DNA from: Candidatus Arcticimaribacter sp.
Lineage (GTDB): Bacteria > Bacteroidota > Bacteroidia > Flavobacteriales > Flavobacteriaceae
Assembly (NCBI GenBank): GCA_003023645.1
Contig: PXYQ01000001.1
Coordinates: 258-64,257, forward strand
Length of the DNA stretch: 64,000 nt
Direction of reading: 5' to 3'
The translations under genes were made by a program, and so were the position numbers. Position 1 is the first letter of the stretch. Every line of letters starts with the position of its first letter. Below, piece by piece: positions 19,430 through 29,947 of the stretch. The notes below the pieces were generated by a model. The model was not told the origin of the DNA, did no database searches, and saw nothing but the letters and a program-made list of their open reading frames with translations.

Positions 19430-21223
19430 ATGGGAGACATCATAACCTTATTACCCGATCATGTTGCCAATCAGATTGCAGCTGGAGAAGTCGTTCAACG
19501 TCCAGCTTCTGTTGTTAAAGAATTGATGGAAAATGCTATTGATGCAGGATCTAGTCATGTGCAACTGATCATCAAAGAAGCGGGTAAACTTTTGATCCAA
19601 GTTGTCGACGACGGTAAGGGGATGAGTATTACAGACGCCCGAATGGCTTTCGAACGCCACGCAACTTCTAAAATTAAATCTGCAGATGATCTTTTTGCTT
19701 TAAATACAAAAGGGTTTCGTGGGGAAGCATTAGCATCTATTGCTGCTGTTGCTCATGTTGAAATGCTTACTCGAACAGAAGAAGATGAAGTCGCTACACT
19801 AATAAAAATTGCTGGAAGTGAAATTCAAGAACAAGAACCTTGTGTAGCTCCTAAAGGAAGTTCCATAGCGGTGAAAAATTTATTTTTCAATATTCCCGCC
19901 CGGCGTAACTTTTTAAAATCCAATACGGTTGAACTACGTCACATCATCGATGAATTTCATCGCGTGGCTCTGGCACATCCGCAAATTGCCTTTACCTTTT
20001 TTCAGGGGGGGCACGAATTGTTCGATTTGCCTGCAGCTAATCTAAGAAAACGAATTGTACATATTTTCGGTTCCAAAATGGACGAAAAATTAGTGCCCGT
20101 TGAAGAATCGACATCCGTATCCTCCGTTTCTGGATTTGTCCTAAAGCCCAATGCTGCCAAAAGAACACGCGGACAGCAGTTTTTCTTTGTGAACGATCGC
20201 TTTATTAAAAGCCCGTTCATGCATCATGCGATCATGAATGCTTATGAAGGTTTGTTGGCCGACGGAACTGTCCCTGGATATTTTATTTTTTTCAATCTAG
20301 ATCCGCAAACAATAGACATCAACATACATCCGACCAAAACAGAAGTTAAGTTTGAAGATGAACAGAGTCTATACGCGATTTTGCGTTCGTGTATCAAACA
20401 CAGTTTGGGGATGTTTAATGTAGCTCCAACACTCGATTTTGATCGCGATCCGAATCTCGATACACCTTACAACCAAGTGAGTCAAAATGCAGGGACACCT
20501 CAATTAGAGGTAGATTCTAATTTTAACCCATTCAAAAATCCAGAAACGACTCGTTTCTCAAAACCCAACGAAGCCAGCTGGGAAAGTCTGTATGTTGAGG
20601 TTGAGTCGCAACCGGTTCCTAATATCTTAGAACAGGAATTCAGCACCACAAAAGCATACGATGCGATTAAACTTTTTCAATTGATGAATCGGTATATCGT
20701 TAGTTCCATAGGTTCTGCCTTACTGTTAATCGATCAGCAACGTGCCCACGAGCGGGTATTGTACGAACAGTTTTTAACAACAATTACACAAAAGAAAACT
20801 GCAAGTCAACAATTATTATTTCCATATTCTTTGGAATTAGACACCACGCAGCAAGTACTTTTATCTGACTTAGAAGAAGTATTGGTTGAAGCAGGTTTTG
20901 TTTTTGAGCGAAGTTCCAACGCAGTAATTATCATCAAGGGAATTCCAGTATCGAGTTCTGAAAAAGAAATCCCTAATATCTTTGAAAACCTATTTGCTTC
21001 TTTGGAAAGCGATTTACCTGCCGATAGTTTCAGTCAATCAGACGTATTGTCAAAGTCCTTAGCAAAAACCTTAGCAATTAAGAGAGGAGTGCCGATGAAA
21101 CCCGAAGAACAACAACGTCTTTTGGATGATTTATTTGCTTGTAAAGAAACCCAAGTGTCTCCTTTTAATCGTCAGATTTTTGTTACTTTGACTCAGGAAG
21201 AATTAGATAAAAAATTCATTTAA
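19430..21223 (+). CDS. mutL: DNA mismatch repair protein MutL
   Basis: NQIAAGEVVQRPASVVKEL, GFRGEALASI, DINIHPTK, C-terminal DQQRAHERVLYE. Confidence 0.97.
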   Translation: MGDIITLLPDHVANQIAAGEVVQRPASVVKELMENAIDAGSSHVQLIIKEAGKLLIQVVDDGKGMSITDARMAFERHATSKIKSADDLFALNTKGFRGEALASIAAVAHVEMLTRTEEDEVATLIKIAGSEIQEQEPCVAPKGSSIAVKNLFFNIPARRNFLKSNTVELRHIIDEFHRVALAHPQIAFTFFQGGHELFDLPAANLRKRIVHIFGSKMDEKLVPVEESTSVSSVSGFVLKPNAAKRTRGQQFFFVNDRFIKSPFMHHAIMNAYEGLLADGTVPGYFIFFNLDPQTIDINIHPTKTEVKFEDEQSLYAILRSCIKHSLGMFNVAPTLDFDRDPNLDTPYNQVSQNAGTPQLEVDSNFNPFKNPETTRFSKPNEASWESLYVEVESQPVPNILEQEFSTTKAYDAIKLFQLMNRYIVSSIGSALLLIDQQRAHERVLYEQFLTTITQKKTASQQLLFPYSLELDTTQQVLLSDLEEVLVEAGFVFERSSNAVIIIKGIPVSSSEKEIPNIFENLFASLESDLPADSFSQSDVLSKSLAKTLAIKRGVPMKPEEQQRLLDDLFACKETQVSPFNRQIFVTLTQEELDKKFI

Positions 21224-21960
21224 TGGGGAGAATTACAGACACGATAAAACATTTATTAATCATCAACGGGATATTTTTCCTTGCGGTTAATCTTTTAGGC
21301 GACGAGGTGTATAATTGGTTTGCGCTGCATTATTTTCAAAACCCTCGTTTTGAGTTTTGGCAACCCCTTACGCATATGTTTATGCACGGTAGTTTCAATC
21401 ATATTTTGTTTAATATGTTTGGGCTGTATATGTTTGGCTCTCCACTAGAATCTCTTTGGGGAAGAAAGAAATTCATATTCTTTTACCTGTCTGCTGGTTT
21501 TGGCGCTGCTGCTGTTCAGTTATTAGTTTATCATTTTCAGTTCAGTTCAGTCTATCAAGAGCTAATGAGTTTAGGATACGGTCAAGATGCAATCAATATG
21601 CTATTGAATGACGGTAAATATGATACTACAATTTTAAGCAGTGTCAGTGAAGAGCAAATATCAAGCTTCTATCAATCGTATTACGCTTCTATGGTTGGTG
21701 CATCTGGCGCCTTATATGGTGTTTTGGTAGCCTTTGCTATGTTGTTTCCCAATTCTGAATTGTATTTGATGTTTATCCCGGTGCCTGTCAAAGCTAAATA
21801 CATGATTCCGTTCATGATCCTGGGCGATCTTTTCTTTGGATTCAGTTCTTTTTCAGTTGGACCAATTGCTCACTTTGCGCATTTAGGTGGTGCGTTCACT
21901 GGTTTCATCATGATGCGTTATTGGAAGAAGCAACAGTTTAATAATAACCGTTGGGACTGA
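21223..21960 (+). CDS. rhomboid intramembrane serine protease
   Basis: HILFNM, GASG, AHFAHLGG. Confidence 0.92.
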   Translation: MGRITDTIKHLLIINGIFFLAVNLLGDEVYNWFALHYFQNPRFEFWQPLTHMFMHGSFNHILFNMFGLYMFGSPLESLWGRKKFIFFYLSAGFGAAAVQLLVYHFQFSSVYQELMSLGYGQDAINMLLNDGKYDTTILSSVSEEQISSFYQSYYASMVGASGALYGVLVAFAMLFPNSELYLMFIPVPVKAKYMIPFMILGDLFFGFSSFSVGPIAHFAHLGGAFTGFIMMRYWKKQQFNNNRWD

Positions 21961-22829
21961 TGAGCACATTCGATAATCTTAAATATAAATTCCAAAGGTT
22001 TACGATAGCTGAAAAGTTGATTGTATTGAACGTCATCTTTTTTGTAATTCCTTTTTTCCTAAAAACGCTTTTATATTTATTCAATATTCCAAGCACAACC
22101 TTTTTGTCTTGGTTTCACTTACTGCCTAGTTTTACTGAGGTTCTTTACCGTCCGTGGACGTTAATTACATATAGCTTTTTACATGGAAGTTTTATGCATA
22201 TTCTGTGGAATATGATCCTTCTGTATTTTGTTTCACGGATGTATTTAAACTTGTTTTCAGAACAACAATTTCTAAAGAATTATCTTTTGGGAGTTCTCGT
22301 TGGGGGCCTTGTCTTTTTAATTGGATATAATCTGTTTCCTGTTTTCAATGGCATGTATCCTCCTTTAGTAGGTGCTTCTGCAGGGGTAATGGCAGTACTT
22401 ATTTTTGTTGCTACATATACGCCCAACCAAGAAGTGCGTTTGCTCTTTATTAATGTGAAGCTTCAATACATTGGTATTGCATTAGTTGTTGTTGATATTC
22501 TTCAAATTCCGAATGGAAATGCAGGTGGTAGACTTGCCCATTTAGGCGGTGCTTTCATAGGATTCCTCTATGCAAATCAACTCCAAAAAGGAAACGATAT
22601 TGGATCGGGTCTTGATCGAATATGGAATTTTATAAACTCCCTTTTTGTAGCCAAGAAAGCTAAGAATATGCATACCGTTCATCGTTCTGAAACCGTTTCA
22701 AAGAATAAAACCAAGAATGGACAACAACAGAAAATTGATGCAATTCTGGATAAAATAAGCACATCTGGCTATGAAAGTTTGACGCAAGAAGAGAAGGATT
22801 TTCTTTTCAGAGCTGGTAAGGACAATTAA
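21960..22829 (+). CDS. rhomboid protease with C-terminal soluble tail
   Basis: HILWNM, GASA, AHLGG; tail IDAILDKISTSGYESLT; ATG overlaps the upstream TGA. Confidence 0.9.
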   Translation: MSTFDNLKYKFQRFTIAEKLIVLNVIFFVIPFFLKTLLYLFNIPSTTFLSWFHLLPSFTEVLYRPWTLITYSFLHGSFMHILWNMILLYFVSRMYLNLFSEQQFLKNYLLGVLVGGLVFLIGYNLFPVFNGMYPPLVGASAGVMAVLIFVATYTPNQEVRLLFINVKLQYIGIALVVVDILQIPNGNAGGRLAHLGGAFIGFLYANQLQKGNDIGSGLDRIWNFINSLFVAKKAKNMHTVHRSETVSKNKTKNGQQQKIDAILDKISTSGYESLTQEEKDFLFRAGKDN

Positions 22830-22843
22830 AGTAGAGCACCCAA

Positions 22844-23851
22844 ATGAAATTGAATTTTTTCGAGAAACTATTGTTGTTTATTAATGCATCACTATTGATT
22901 TTTCAACTGATGTTGATGGGGAGTATTCCATCTTTTTTTGAATTTTCAATTTTGAATTTATTTGTACCGGCTGTAGTACTTGTTAATATTGGCTTTTTTC
23001 TTTTTTGGCTTTTAAGAACCAAATGGGTTTTTCTTCTCTTTATGGTAGCCTTCCTAATTGGTTATGCTGAGTGGGGTCTTTTGTACCAATTTCCAAGAAC
23101 GGTTGTCCATACTAGCACCAATACGTTTAAGGTCATGACCTATAACATTCGTCTTTTCAATCGCTACGATTGGATTAAGAATAAAGATGTTCCGAAGAGT
23201 ATTCAGTACTTTATTAGTCAAGAGCAACCCGATATCATTTGTTTTCAAGAGTATTCTAAAAACGAAGCTCCTGAATTTTCTTCCTACCCATACAGTTACA
23301 TTCAACCCGTTCAGCCAAATGGTAAATCGGGTATTGCAATTTTATCAAAGTTTCCAATTACAGATAACGGCTACATTAACTTTGATAACTCTACAAATAG
23401 TGGAATTTATGCTGACATTGAACATCGAGGTAAGAAAGCTCGCGTTTATAATTTACATCTTGAATCTTTACGGATTAACCTCAAAGATACGCTCATAACC
23501 AATCGTAATTCAGAAGGTTTACAACTCAAGTTCAATCAGGTATTCAAGAAGCAGTTGGAACAAATCAAGCAGTTTGAAGCTGTAAATATCAAAAATGAAC
23601 TTCCCTCTATAATTTGTACAGACTTAAACAATTCTCAATTCTCTTCTATTTATAGAGCCCTGAAACAAGGACGAAATGATGCGTTTAAAGAATCTGGAAC
23701 GGGGCTCGGAACCACCTTCAATTTCTCCTATTTCCCACTTCGTATTGATTTTATTTTAGTAGATCCTGTTTTTAAAGTAAATGCCTTTAAATCCTATGAC
23801 AACAACTTGTCTGATCATCTACCGATTATGACAACGCTAGGATGGGAATAA
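22844..23851 (+). CDS. endonuclease/exonuclease/phosphatase-family protein
   Basis: MTYNIR, DIICFQE, DLN, RIDFI and SDH motifs; N-terminal TM helices. Confidence 0.88.
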   Translation: MKLNFFEKLLLFINASLLIFQLMLMGSIPSFFEFSILNLFVPAVVLVNIGFFLFWLLRTKWVFLLFMVAFLIGYAEWGLLYQFPRTVVHTSTNTFKVMTYNIRLFNRYDWIKNKDVPKSIQYFISQEQPDIICFQEYSKNEAPEFSSYPYSYIQPVQPNGKSGIAILSKFPITDNGYINFDNSTNSGIYADIEHRGKKARVYNLHLESLRINLKDTLITNRNSEGLQLKFNQVFKKQLEQIKQFEAVNIKNELPSIICTDLNNSQFSSIYRALKQGRNDAFKESGTGLGTTFNFSYFPLRIDFILVDPVFKVNAFKSYDNNLSDHLPIMTTLGWE

Positions 23852-24455
23852 CATCAATTTTTTTTAAATAAGAAGGACTTTCTGGCCCTAAGCAACAAAT
23901 CAAGTCTAGTGCATTTAGATTCGATATAAATCCTAGTTTAGACTCAAACACTTGTATGTACTTTGGGAAGTGCAAGGAGGTGGCTTTTTTAGCACAAATT
24001 AATGCTTCTCCGGCTGGATTGTAAAGGGGTTGCTCCGTGCTTATTTTTATTTGAGTATCGAGTTCAAGCCAATCCATAATAAGTTGGAGTATATCCATGT
24101 TAAAATCGAGAAGCTTCTTTTGTTTTTTGAAAAAAACTGCTTCAAACTCATCTTGATAAAACTCAAAAAACGGAGAAGATTGATAGGCACTGACAAATGA
24201 TTTCCAATGATTGTTTTGCCACATTTCATCATAACTAATCTGTACCTCTTGATCAACCAAGCGAGTGCCTTTGATACCTTTTTCAATTGGAATACTGAGG
24301 TTTAAAACACCATTTGCACCAGCTATTTGGGTGCGATTGCGATAGGTCTGCTTTTGGTAGCATGCTTGTGTTTGAATGTTGACGCATTCATGCTGTGCTA
24401 AAACAGCTAGGGTTGCTACATTGGGTATATAGGAACTGAATATTTCGAGCTCCAC
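23826..24455 (-). CDS. WbqC-like protein
   Basis: YQKQTYRNR, AYQSSPFFEFY, YIQVF...FISNL; probable GTG start at 24455. Confidence 0.82.
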   Translation of the reverse strand: MELEIFSSYIPNVATLAVLAQHECVNIQTQACYQKQTYRNRTQIAGANGVLNLSIPIEKGIKGTRLVDQEVQISYDEMWQNNHWKSFVSAYQSSPFFEFYQDEFEAVFFKKQKKLLDFNMDILQLIMDWLELDTQIKISTEQPLYNPAGEALICAKKATSLHFPKYIQVFESKLGFISNLNALDLICCLGPESPSYLKKIDVIPILALS

Positions 24456-24456
24456 C

Positions 24457-26151
24457 TTATGCCTTTTTGCGTTTACGGAAATACACAAATCCTTGCCATC
24501 CTAAGAATAGTGCCAATACATAGGGGAAGAACGAAATAGGTTCTCCATTGCCACCAACGGTAGTCATTATACGATCCCAACGAATACGCCAGTTTTTAAT
24601 TCCATCATTGATTCCCTCAATACTGAACCAAACCAATACCGGTTTTCCAACAACGTGATCTTCGGGTACATATCCCCAATAACGACTGTCTTCTGATCGG
24701 TGACGGTTATCACCCATCATCCAGTAGTAATCTTGCTGAAAGGTGTAGCTAGTCGTTTCTTTTCCATTGATGAAGATACTTGACCCTTCTTTTGTGAGTT
24801 CGTTTTTTTCGTACTCCCGAATGATTTTCTTGTATAGTGGTAAAGTTGTTTCGTTGATTTCGACGGTCATGCCTGCTTTTGGTATCAAAATGGGGCCAAA
24901 ATTATCTTCATTCCAATTGTACGGAATTGCATTCGGAAAGAAGTTGGTATTCGCTCTTTTTGTGCGTGTGACCTTTTGAACAATACTATCAACAATTCCT
25001 GTGTTTAAAATTTCTTTCGCTTCAGCGATTGTGAGTGTTAAGTCTTTTTTTGCATCCAAAAGCTCTTTTGCACTCAGCCTTAATTCTCCTAAAACTTTTG
25101 GAGGAATTCCGGCAGAAGGAGTAAGTACAATAAAGTTGTTGATGTCATCTGACAAACGACCCAATATATAAGGTTGCAGTGCATTGTACCGTTCTTGTGT
25201 TATGTTTTCGATGCGGTATTTTCGGGTAAAATCTTTATAACCAGCATTTAATAGTTTTCTTGAAGACACCCCTTTGCTGTTATATCCGTAATGAGTGTAT
25301 TGAGTTTTGGCACGATCGGGAAGTATGCTTTTCTCACCGTTGATATGTACAAAACCATTGATAATCTCGAGGCTATCACCTGGAGTCCCTACACATCTTT
25401 TAACGTAGTTCGATTTTTTGTCAATGGGTTTTTGAACCCCTTTTTCGCGTACAAAGAATTTGCGCACTGTATCTGCAGGCCAGCTAAAGACAACGATGTC
25501 ATTTCGTTTTACATCCTGAAATCCTGGGAGTCTGAAGTAGGGGAGTTGTGGTTTTTTTAAATAGGATCTTTTTTTAATAATCGGAATGGTATCATGAACC
25601 ATTGGAAATGAAACTGCCGAAGTTGGGGTGCGAGCACCGTAATGAAACTTACTTACAAATAAAAAATCTCCAATAAGAAGTGTTTTTTCAAGCGATCCAG
25701 TTGGAATGATATACGGCTGAATGAAATAGCTGTGCACCAACGTTGCAGCAATAATTGCAAAAAGTAACGCGCTGATCCATTCTCCAAACCATGTTTTAGA
25801 ATTGAGGTCACGATCTTTATCGTAGGTTGTTTTTGAATCAAAATTTGGGATAAAAATATATAGCCCGAATGTTAGTATTCCTAGTATTGTGTCGATTGAG
25901 CGATTTCGTCCAAAGCTTCTTAATGTTTCAACCCAAATAACAGGGAACATCATTAAGTTGATTATGGGAACAAAAAGCAAGATTACCCACCACTTTGGTC
26001 TGCGGATGATTTGCATTAAAACGATAGCATTGTAAACAGGCACGATGGCTTCCCAACTTTTTCTTCCAGCCTTTTGGTATAAACGGAACGTACCTAAGAA
26101 ATGAACCACTTGTATTGCAAGTATAAATACTATCCATTCTGATGCTGTCAT
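24457..26151 (-). CDS. lepB: signal peptidase I
   Basis: IPTGSLEKT (catalytic Ser), NYVKRC (Lys), MGDNRHRSEDSRYWG. Confidence 0.95.
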   Translation of the reverse strand: MTASEWIVFILAIQVVHFLGTFRLYQKAGRKSWEAIVPVYNAIVLMQIIRRPKWWVILLFVPIINLMMFPVIWVETLRSFGRNRSIDTILGILTFGLYIFIPNFDSKTTYDKDRDLNSKTWFGEWISALLFAIIAATLVHSYFIQPYIIPTGSLEKTLLIGDFLFVSKFHYGARTPTSAVSFPMVHDTIPIIKKRSYLKKPQLPYFRLPGFQDVKRNDIVVFSWPADTVRKFFVREKGVQKPIDKKSNYVKRCVGTPGDSLEIINGFVHINGEKSILPDRAKTQYTHYGYNSKGVSSRKLLNAGYKDFTRKYRIENITQERYNALQPYILGRLSDDINNFIVLTPSAGIPPKVLGELRLSAKELLDAKKDLTLTIAEAKEILNTGIVDSIVQKVTRTKRANTNFFPNAIPYNWNEDNFGPILIPKAGMTVEINETTLPLYKKIIREYEKNELTKEGSSIFINGKETTSYTFQQDYYWMMGDNRHRSEDSRYWGYVPEDHVVGKPVLVWFSIEGINDGIKNWRIRWDRIMTTVGGNGEPISFFPYVLALFLGWQGFVYFRKRKKA

Positions 26152-26182
26152 AATCGTATATTTTGAATAACCCGTTTAGTGT

Positions 26183-26211
26183 TTAGACGAGTTTCTTGTT
26201 TTTTTGTTACA
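26183..26211 (-). promoter_or_regulatory. putative ECF-sigma promoter upstream of lepB
   Basis: TGTAAC-N16-CGTCTAA on the minus strand. Confidence 0.55.
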
Positions 26212-26213
26212 GT

Positions 26214-26918
26214 TTAGTTGATATCTAGAACGTCGTTCATCGTAAAAACGCCTTTTTTATTTTGAATCCATTCTGCAGCAATAACAGCACCTAAGGCAAA
26301 TCCTTGACGCGAATGTGCCTCGTGTTGAATTGAAATGCTGTCCACACTAGATTTATATTCTATGGAGTGGGTGCCTGGTACTTCACCTGTTCGTTCAACA
26401 GTAATTGGAAGTGTAGCGCCTCCTTTTGTTTCGTCGATAGACCAGTCTGTGTATTTTGACTCATCGAAAACTCCCTCAGCTAAGGTTATAGCCGTTCCAC
26501 TTGGCGCATCAAGTTTATGAATATGATGAATTTCTTTCATTTGTGGAGTATAGCTTTTGTGTGGGTGCATCAACTTTGCCAAAATTTTATTGAGCTTAAA
26601 AAATAAATTCACACCAACACTAAAGTTAGACGCATAGATGAAGGCACTTTTATTGTGTTTGCAATAATCTTCTACTTCTTTAAGGTGCTCCAGCCAGCCA
26701 GTTGTTCCGCAAACAACGGGTATTTGTTTTTCCATTGCAGTTTTGATGTTTGCAACGGCGGCATCGGGAACACTAAAGTTGATTGCTACATCTGCCTCGG
26801 ATAGGTTTCCTTGATTGTCGTTTTTGTCAACCTTCGCTACGATAGCATGCCCTCTTTCAATTGCAATCTGCTCAATGGCCTTTCCCATTCTACCGTAACC
26901 CAACAACGCTATTTTCAT
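26214..26918 (-). CDS. dapB: 4-hydroxy-tetrahydrodipicolinate reductase
   Basis: GYGRMG, GTTGW, EIHHIHKLDAPSGTA. Confidence 0.96.
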   Translation of the reverse strand: MKIALLGYGRMGKAIEQIAIERGHAIVAKVDKNDNQGNLSEADVAINFSVPDAAVANIKTAMEKQIPVVCGTTGWLEHLKEVEDYCKHNKSAFIYASNFSVGVNLFFKLNKILAKLMHPHKSYTPQMKEIHHIHKLDAPSGTAITLAEGVFDESKYTDWSIDETKGGATLPITVERTGEVPGTHSIEYKSSVDSISIQHEAHSRQGFALGAVIAAEWIQNKKGVFTMNDVLDIN

Positions 26919-26921
26919 AGT

Positions 26922-27470
26922 CTAAAATTTAATATTTAAAGTAAGTCCGTAGTTCATGTCGGTATTCAATAGATTCGGTTCAATTTGCGGGCGCAAAGTC
27001 AATTGATCGTTTACGTTAAATTGCATCAAATGTGCGCCAACATTTGCATCTAAAATATTCAATAAATAAAACCCCATAAAGTATAAAACGGCGATATCTC
27101 GATAGCGCTTATGGAAGTTCATACCCTGAATCAATTGGTCGTTTTGAAAAATACGATTTGCATATTTGTCATCGGTATAACCTGCTATTCTTCTTTTGTA
27201 AATATCTCGAAAAGAATTCATTTGTTTGGTTTGATAAAAATAAAAATATCCTGAAGCTCCTAAACCGCCATATATAAAGGGAAGTTTCCAGTATTTACCA
27301 GTGTATATCTGCCCTAAACCAGGAACAATTGCCGAATAAAATGCAGCTTTTGAAGGAGTCAATGGGTCTTTAATTAGGCGTTGTTTTCTGGTCAACGTAT
27401 CCAGTTCTAATTTTTGTGCCGAAACAAAACTAATGGATAGAATAAGAATTAAGAGGATTTTATTCTTCAC
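26922..27470 (-). CDS. DUF5683-like membrane protein
   Basis: PSKAAFYSAIVPGLGQIY...YWKLP; LDANVGAHL. Confidence 0.8.
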   Translation of the reverse strand: MKNKILLILILSISFVSAQKLELDTLTRKQRLIKDPLTPSKAAFYSAIVPGLGQIYTGKYWKLPFIYGGLGASGYFYFYQTKQMNSFRDIYKRRIAGYTDDKYANRIFQNDQLIQGMNFHKRYRDIAVLYFMGFYLLNILDANVGAHLMQFNVNDQLTLRPQIEPNLLNTDMNYGLTLNIKF

Positions 27471-28353
27471 GTTTCAACAACTTTTTCATCCGACTGAAAT
27501 CTTGTTGTGAGTCAAATGGAATATGAATTACTCCTTTCCCATCGTCTTTATAACTGATGGTAACTTTAGATTCAAAATAAGTTCCAAAATCTTCAATAGC
27601 TTCTTGGATGAACACAGGTTTATGCGGAGTTGTTTTAGTTTCCCCCCCCACTTTATGTGCTTTTACGATAGCTTCTGTTTTCCGTACACTTAAATCTCCT
27701 TTTATGATGCGTTCGTATATTCCTAATTGACTCTCTCGATCCTCAATGGCCAATAACGCCCTACCGTGCCCCATGGACAAAAATCCATCGCGCATTCCAG
27801 TTTGTATGATCGGGTCTAATTTTAATAAGCGCAAGTAGTTTGTGATTGTAGATCTTTTTTTACCCACACGATCGCTGAGTGCCTCCTGTGTAACATTGAT
27901 TTCATCAATTAATCGTTGGTAGGATAAAGCTACTTCTATTGGATCTAAATCTTGACGTTGTATGTTTTCAACCAAAGCCATTTCTAAGGACTCTTGGTCA
28001 TTTGCCAAACGAACAAAGGCTGGGACAGCTGTAAGTCCAATTAGTTTCGCTGCACGATAACGACGCTCTCCAGAGACCAATTGGTACTGGTTGTAGTCCA
28101 TTTTCCGAACCGTAATGGGTTGAATGATTCCAAGTTCCTTAATCGACGAAGCTAGTTGTTTGAGTGCTTCATCATTAAATTGAGTTCTAGGTTGAAAAGG
28201 ATTTACTTCGATTCGATCCAATTCTAAGTCGATAACATTGCCAATAACTTGGTCAGCATTCTTATCATTAACCGATTTAATGTCATTAGCTGGATCTTGA
28301 AGCAAAGCAGATAGTCCGCGACCTAAAGCTTGTTTTTTATTTGATTTGGCCAT
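27460..28353 (-). CDS. parB: chromosome partitioning protein ParB
   Basis: LGRGLSAL, NPFQPR, GERRYRA, ENIQRQDL, HTH. Confidence 0.96.
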   Translation of the reverse strand: MAKSNKKQALGRGLSALLQDPANDIKSVNDKNADQVIGNVIDLELDRIEVNPFQPRTQFNDEALKQLASSIKELGIIQPITVRKMDYNQYQLVSGERRYRAAKLIGLTAVPAFVRLANDQESLEMALVENIQRQDLDPIEVALSYQRLIDEINVTQEALSDRVGKKRSTITNYLRLLKLDPIIQTGMRDGFLSMGHGRALLAIEDRESQLGIYERIIKGDLSVRKTEAIVKAHKVGGETKTTPHKPVFIQEAIEDFGTYFESKVTISYKDDGKGVIHIPFDSQQDFSRMKKLLKREE

Positions 28354-28355
28354 TT

Positions 28356-29126
28356 CTATTTTCCTTTATTTTTTTTGAGTACTTCTTGAGCTAAACTCAA
28401 GTAGTTTTGTGCACCTTTACTTGTAGCGTCATATTGAATTATGTTTTCGCCAAAACTTGGAGCTTCACTTAGGCGAATGTTTCTTTGAATAACAGATTTA
28501 AAAACCATTTTACCAAAATGTTTTTTTACTTCTTCAACAACTTGATTAGAAAGTCTCAATCGGGAATCGTACATGGTGAGTAATAAGCCTTCAATGTCAA
28601 GATCCTTGTTGTGTATTTTTTGGATGCTTTTTATGGTATTCAATAATTTCCCCAATCCTTCAAGTGCAAAGTACTCACACTGAATCGGAATGAGAACTGA
28701 ATCTGCTGCAGAAAGTGCATTCAGTGTAATGAGACCTAAAGAAGGAGCACAGTCAATAAAAATATAATCGTATTGGTCCTTTATGCTTTCTAAGGCTTTA
28801 CGCAGCATATATTCTCGCTCGTGTTTGTCAACCAATTCTATTTCAATTGCTACTAAATCAATGTGGGAGGGAATTAAATCTAAATTTGGAGATTCCGTTT
28901 TAATGATAACATCTTCAACCTTAGCGGTGTGTTCGAGTAATTCGTAGGTTCCTCTTTCTTGTTTATCAACATCAATTCCTAAACCGGAAGTTGCATTGGC
29001 CTGAGGATCTGCATCAATTAATAGAATCTTTTTTTCAAGGATTCCAAGGGCTGCTGCAAGGTTTACTGAAGTCGTTGTTTTTCCGACTCCACCTTTTTGA
29101 TTGGCTATTGCAATAATTTTACCCAT
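28356..29126 (-). CDS. parA: chromosome partitioning ATPase ParA/Soj
   Basis: NQKGGVGKTT, DADPQANAT, DCAPSLG, EAPSFG. Confidence 0.96.
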   Translation of the reverse strand: MGKIIAIANQKGGVGKTTTSVNLAAALGILEKKILLIDADPQANATSGLGIDVDKQERGTYELLEHTAKVEDVIIKTESPNLDLIPSHIDLVAIEIELVDKHEREYMLRKALESIKDQYDYIFIDCAPSLGLITLNALSAADSVLIPIQCEYFALEGLGKLLNTIKSIQKIHNKDLDIEGLLLTMYDSRLRLSNQVVEEVKKHFGKMVFKSVIQRNIRLSEAPSFGENIIQYDATSKGAQNYLSLAQEVLKKNKGK

Positions 29127-29213
29127 TTTTTTTGATTTAGGGATTAAAAATACAACTATTTATCTCCACTTGAAAGTTAATTTTTTAGAACAAAAATTTA
29201 ACATTACATCTTT

Positions 29214-29534
29214 CTATTTGATACTGTCAGTATCAATTAAAAAAAGAGTTTCATTGTCTTTTTTATGACCATAATGCTCTCGTGCAAAACGTTCTAAACT
29301 ATCTAAATTTTCAAGCTGATCAATCGTATACTGATCTTTTATTATTGCTTTTCGTAACTTATTTTTTTGTTGTTCTAGCTTTTCGATTTCTGAATCTAAT
29401 TCTCTTTGTGTTAGCCACGAGTTGGAGTCTAAAAAAAGAATCCAAATTGTAAAAAGAAATGCAATTGCGATATACGATATCGTATAGGATTTGTTTTTAC
29501 GTTTAAAGGAATTCAAAATATCTTTTAAAGCCAT
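29214..29534 (-). CDS. ftsB: septum formation initiator (FtsB/DivIC family)
   Basis: TM helix WILFLDSNS, coiled coil, ERFAREHY. Confidence 0.82.
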   Translation of the reverse strand: MALKDILNSFKRKNKSYTISYIAIAFLFTIWILFLDSNSWLTQRELDSEIEKLEQQKNKLRKAIIKDQYTIDQLENLDSLERFAREHYGHKKDNETLFLIDTDSIK

Positions 29535-29535
29535 A

Positions 29536-29940
29536 CTATTGTTTTTGAACTTCTAAAACTTGAGCAACCGTGATTTGACCTTCTGTCTTATTGCCCCAGC
29601 TGTTTAGGATATAGTTCATTACATCTGCAATTTCTTCTTCGTCTAATCCTTGGTTAACCATTACGCCGTTGTACGTTTTCCCGTTTACAGTGATTTCTCC
29701 GCGTAGTCCGTATTTTACTCCTCGAATACTTGCCTCGATATTATTCTGTAAATAATCTGATTTTGCTAGAGGAGGGAATGCGTTCTCAACTCCTTTTCCG
29801 TTATCTAAATGGCATTGAAGGCAAAAGTCTTGATAGATTTCTTCTCCATCTAGAATACTTTGCTTCAGCGGTTTTTCTTGTTGCATATAGCTTAAAAAAC
29901 TAAAAACACCAATACAGTATACTGATAGTAAATATTTCAT
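29536..29940 (-). CDS. monoheme cytochrome c
   Basis: CLQCH heme motif, FPPLA, signal peptide. Confidence 0.9.
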   Translation of the reverse strand: MKYLLSVYCIGVFSFLSYMQQEKPLKQSILDGEEIYQDFCLQCHLDNGKGVENAFPPLAKSDYLQNNIEASIRGVKYGLRGEITVNGKTYNGVMVNQGLDEEEIADVMNYILNSWGNKTEGQITVAQVLEVQKQ

Positions 29941-29947
29941 AGAATAC

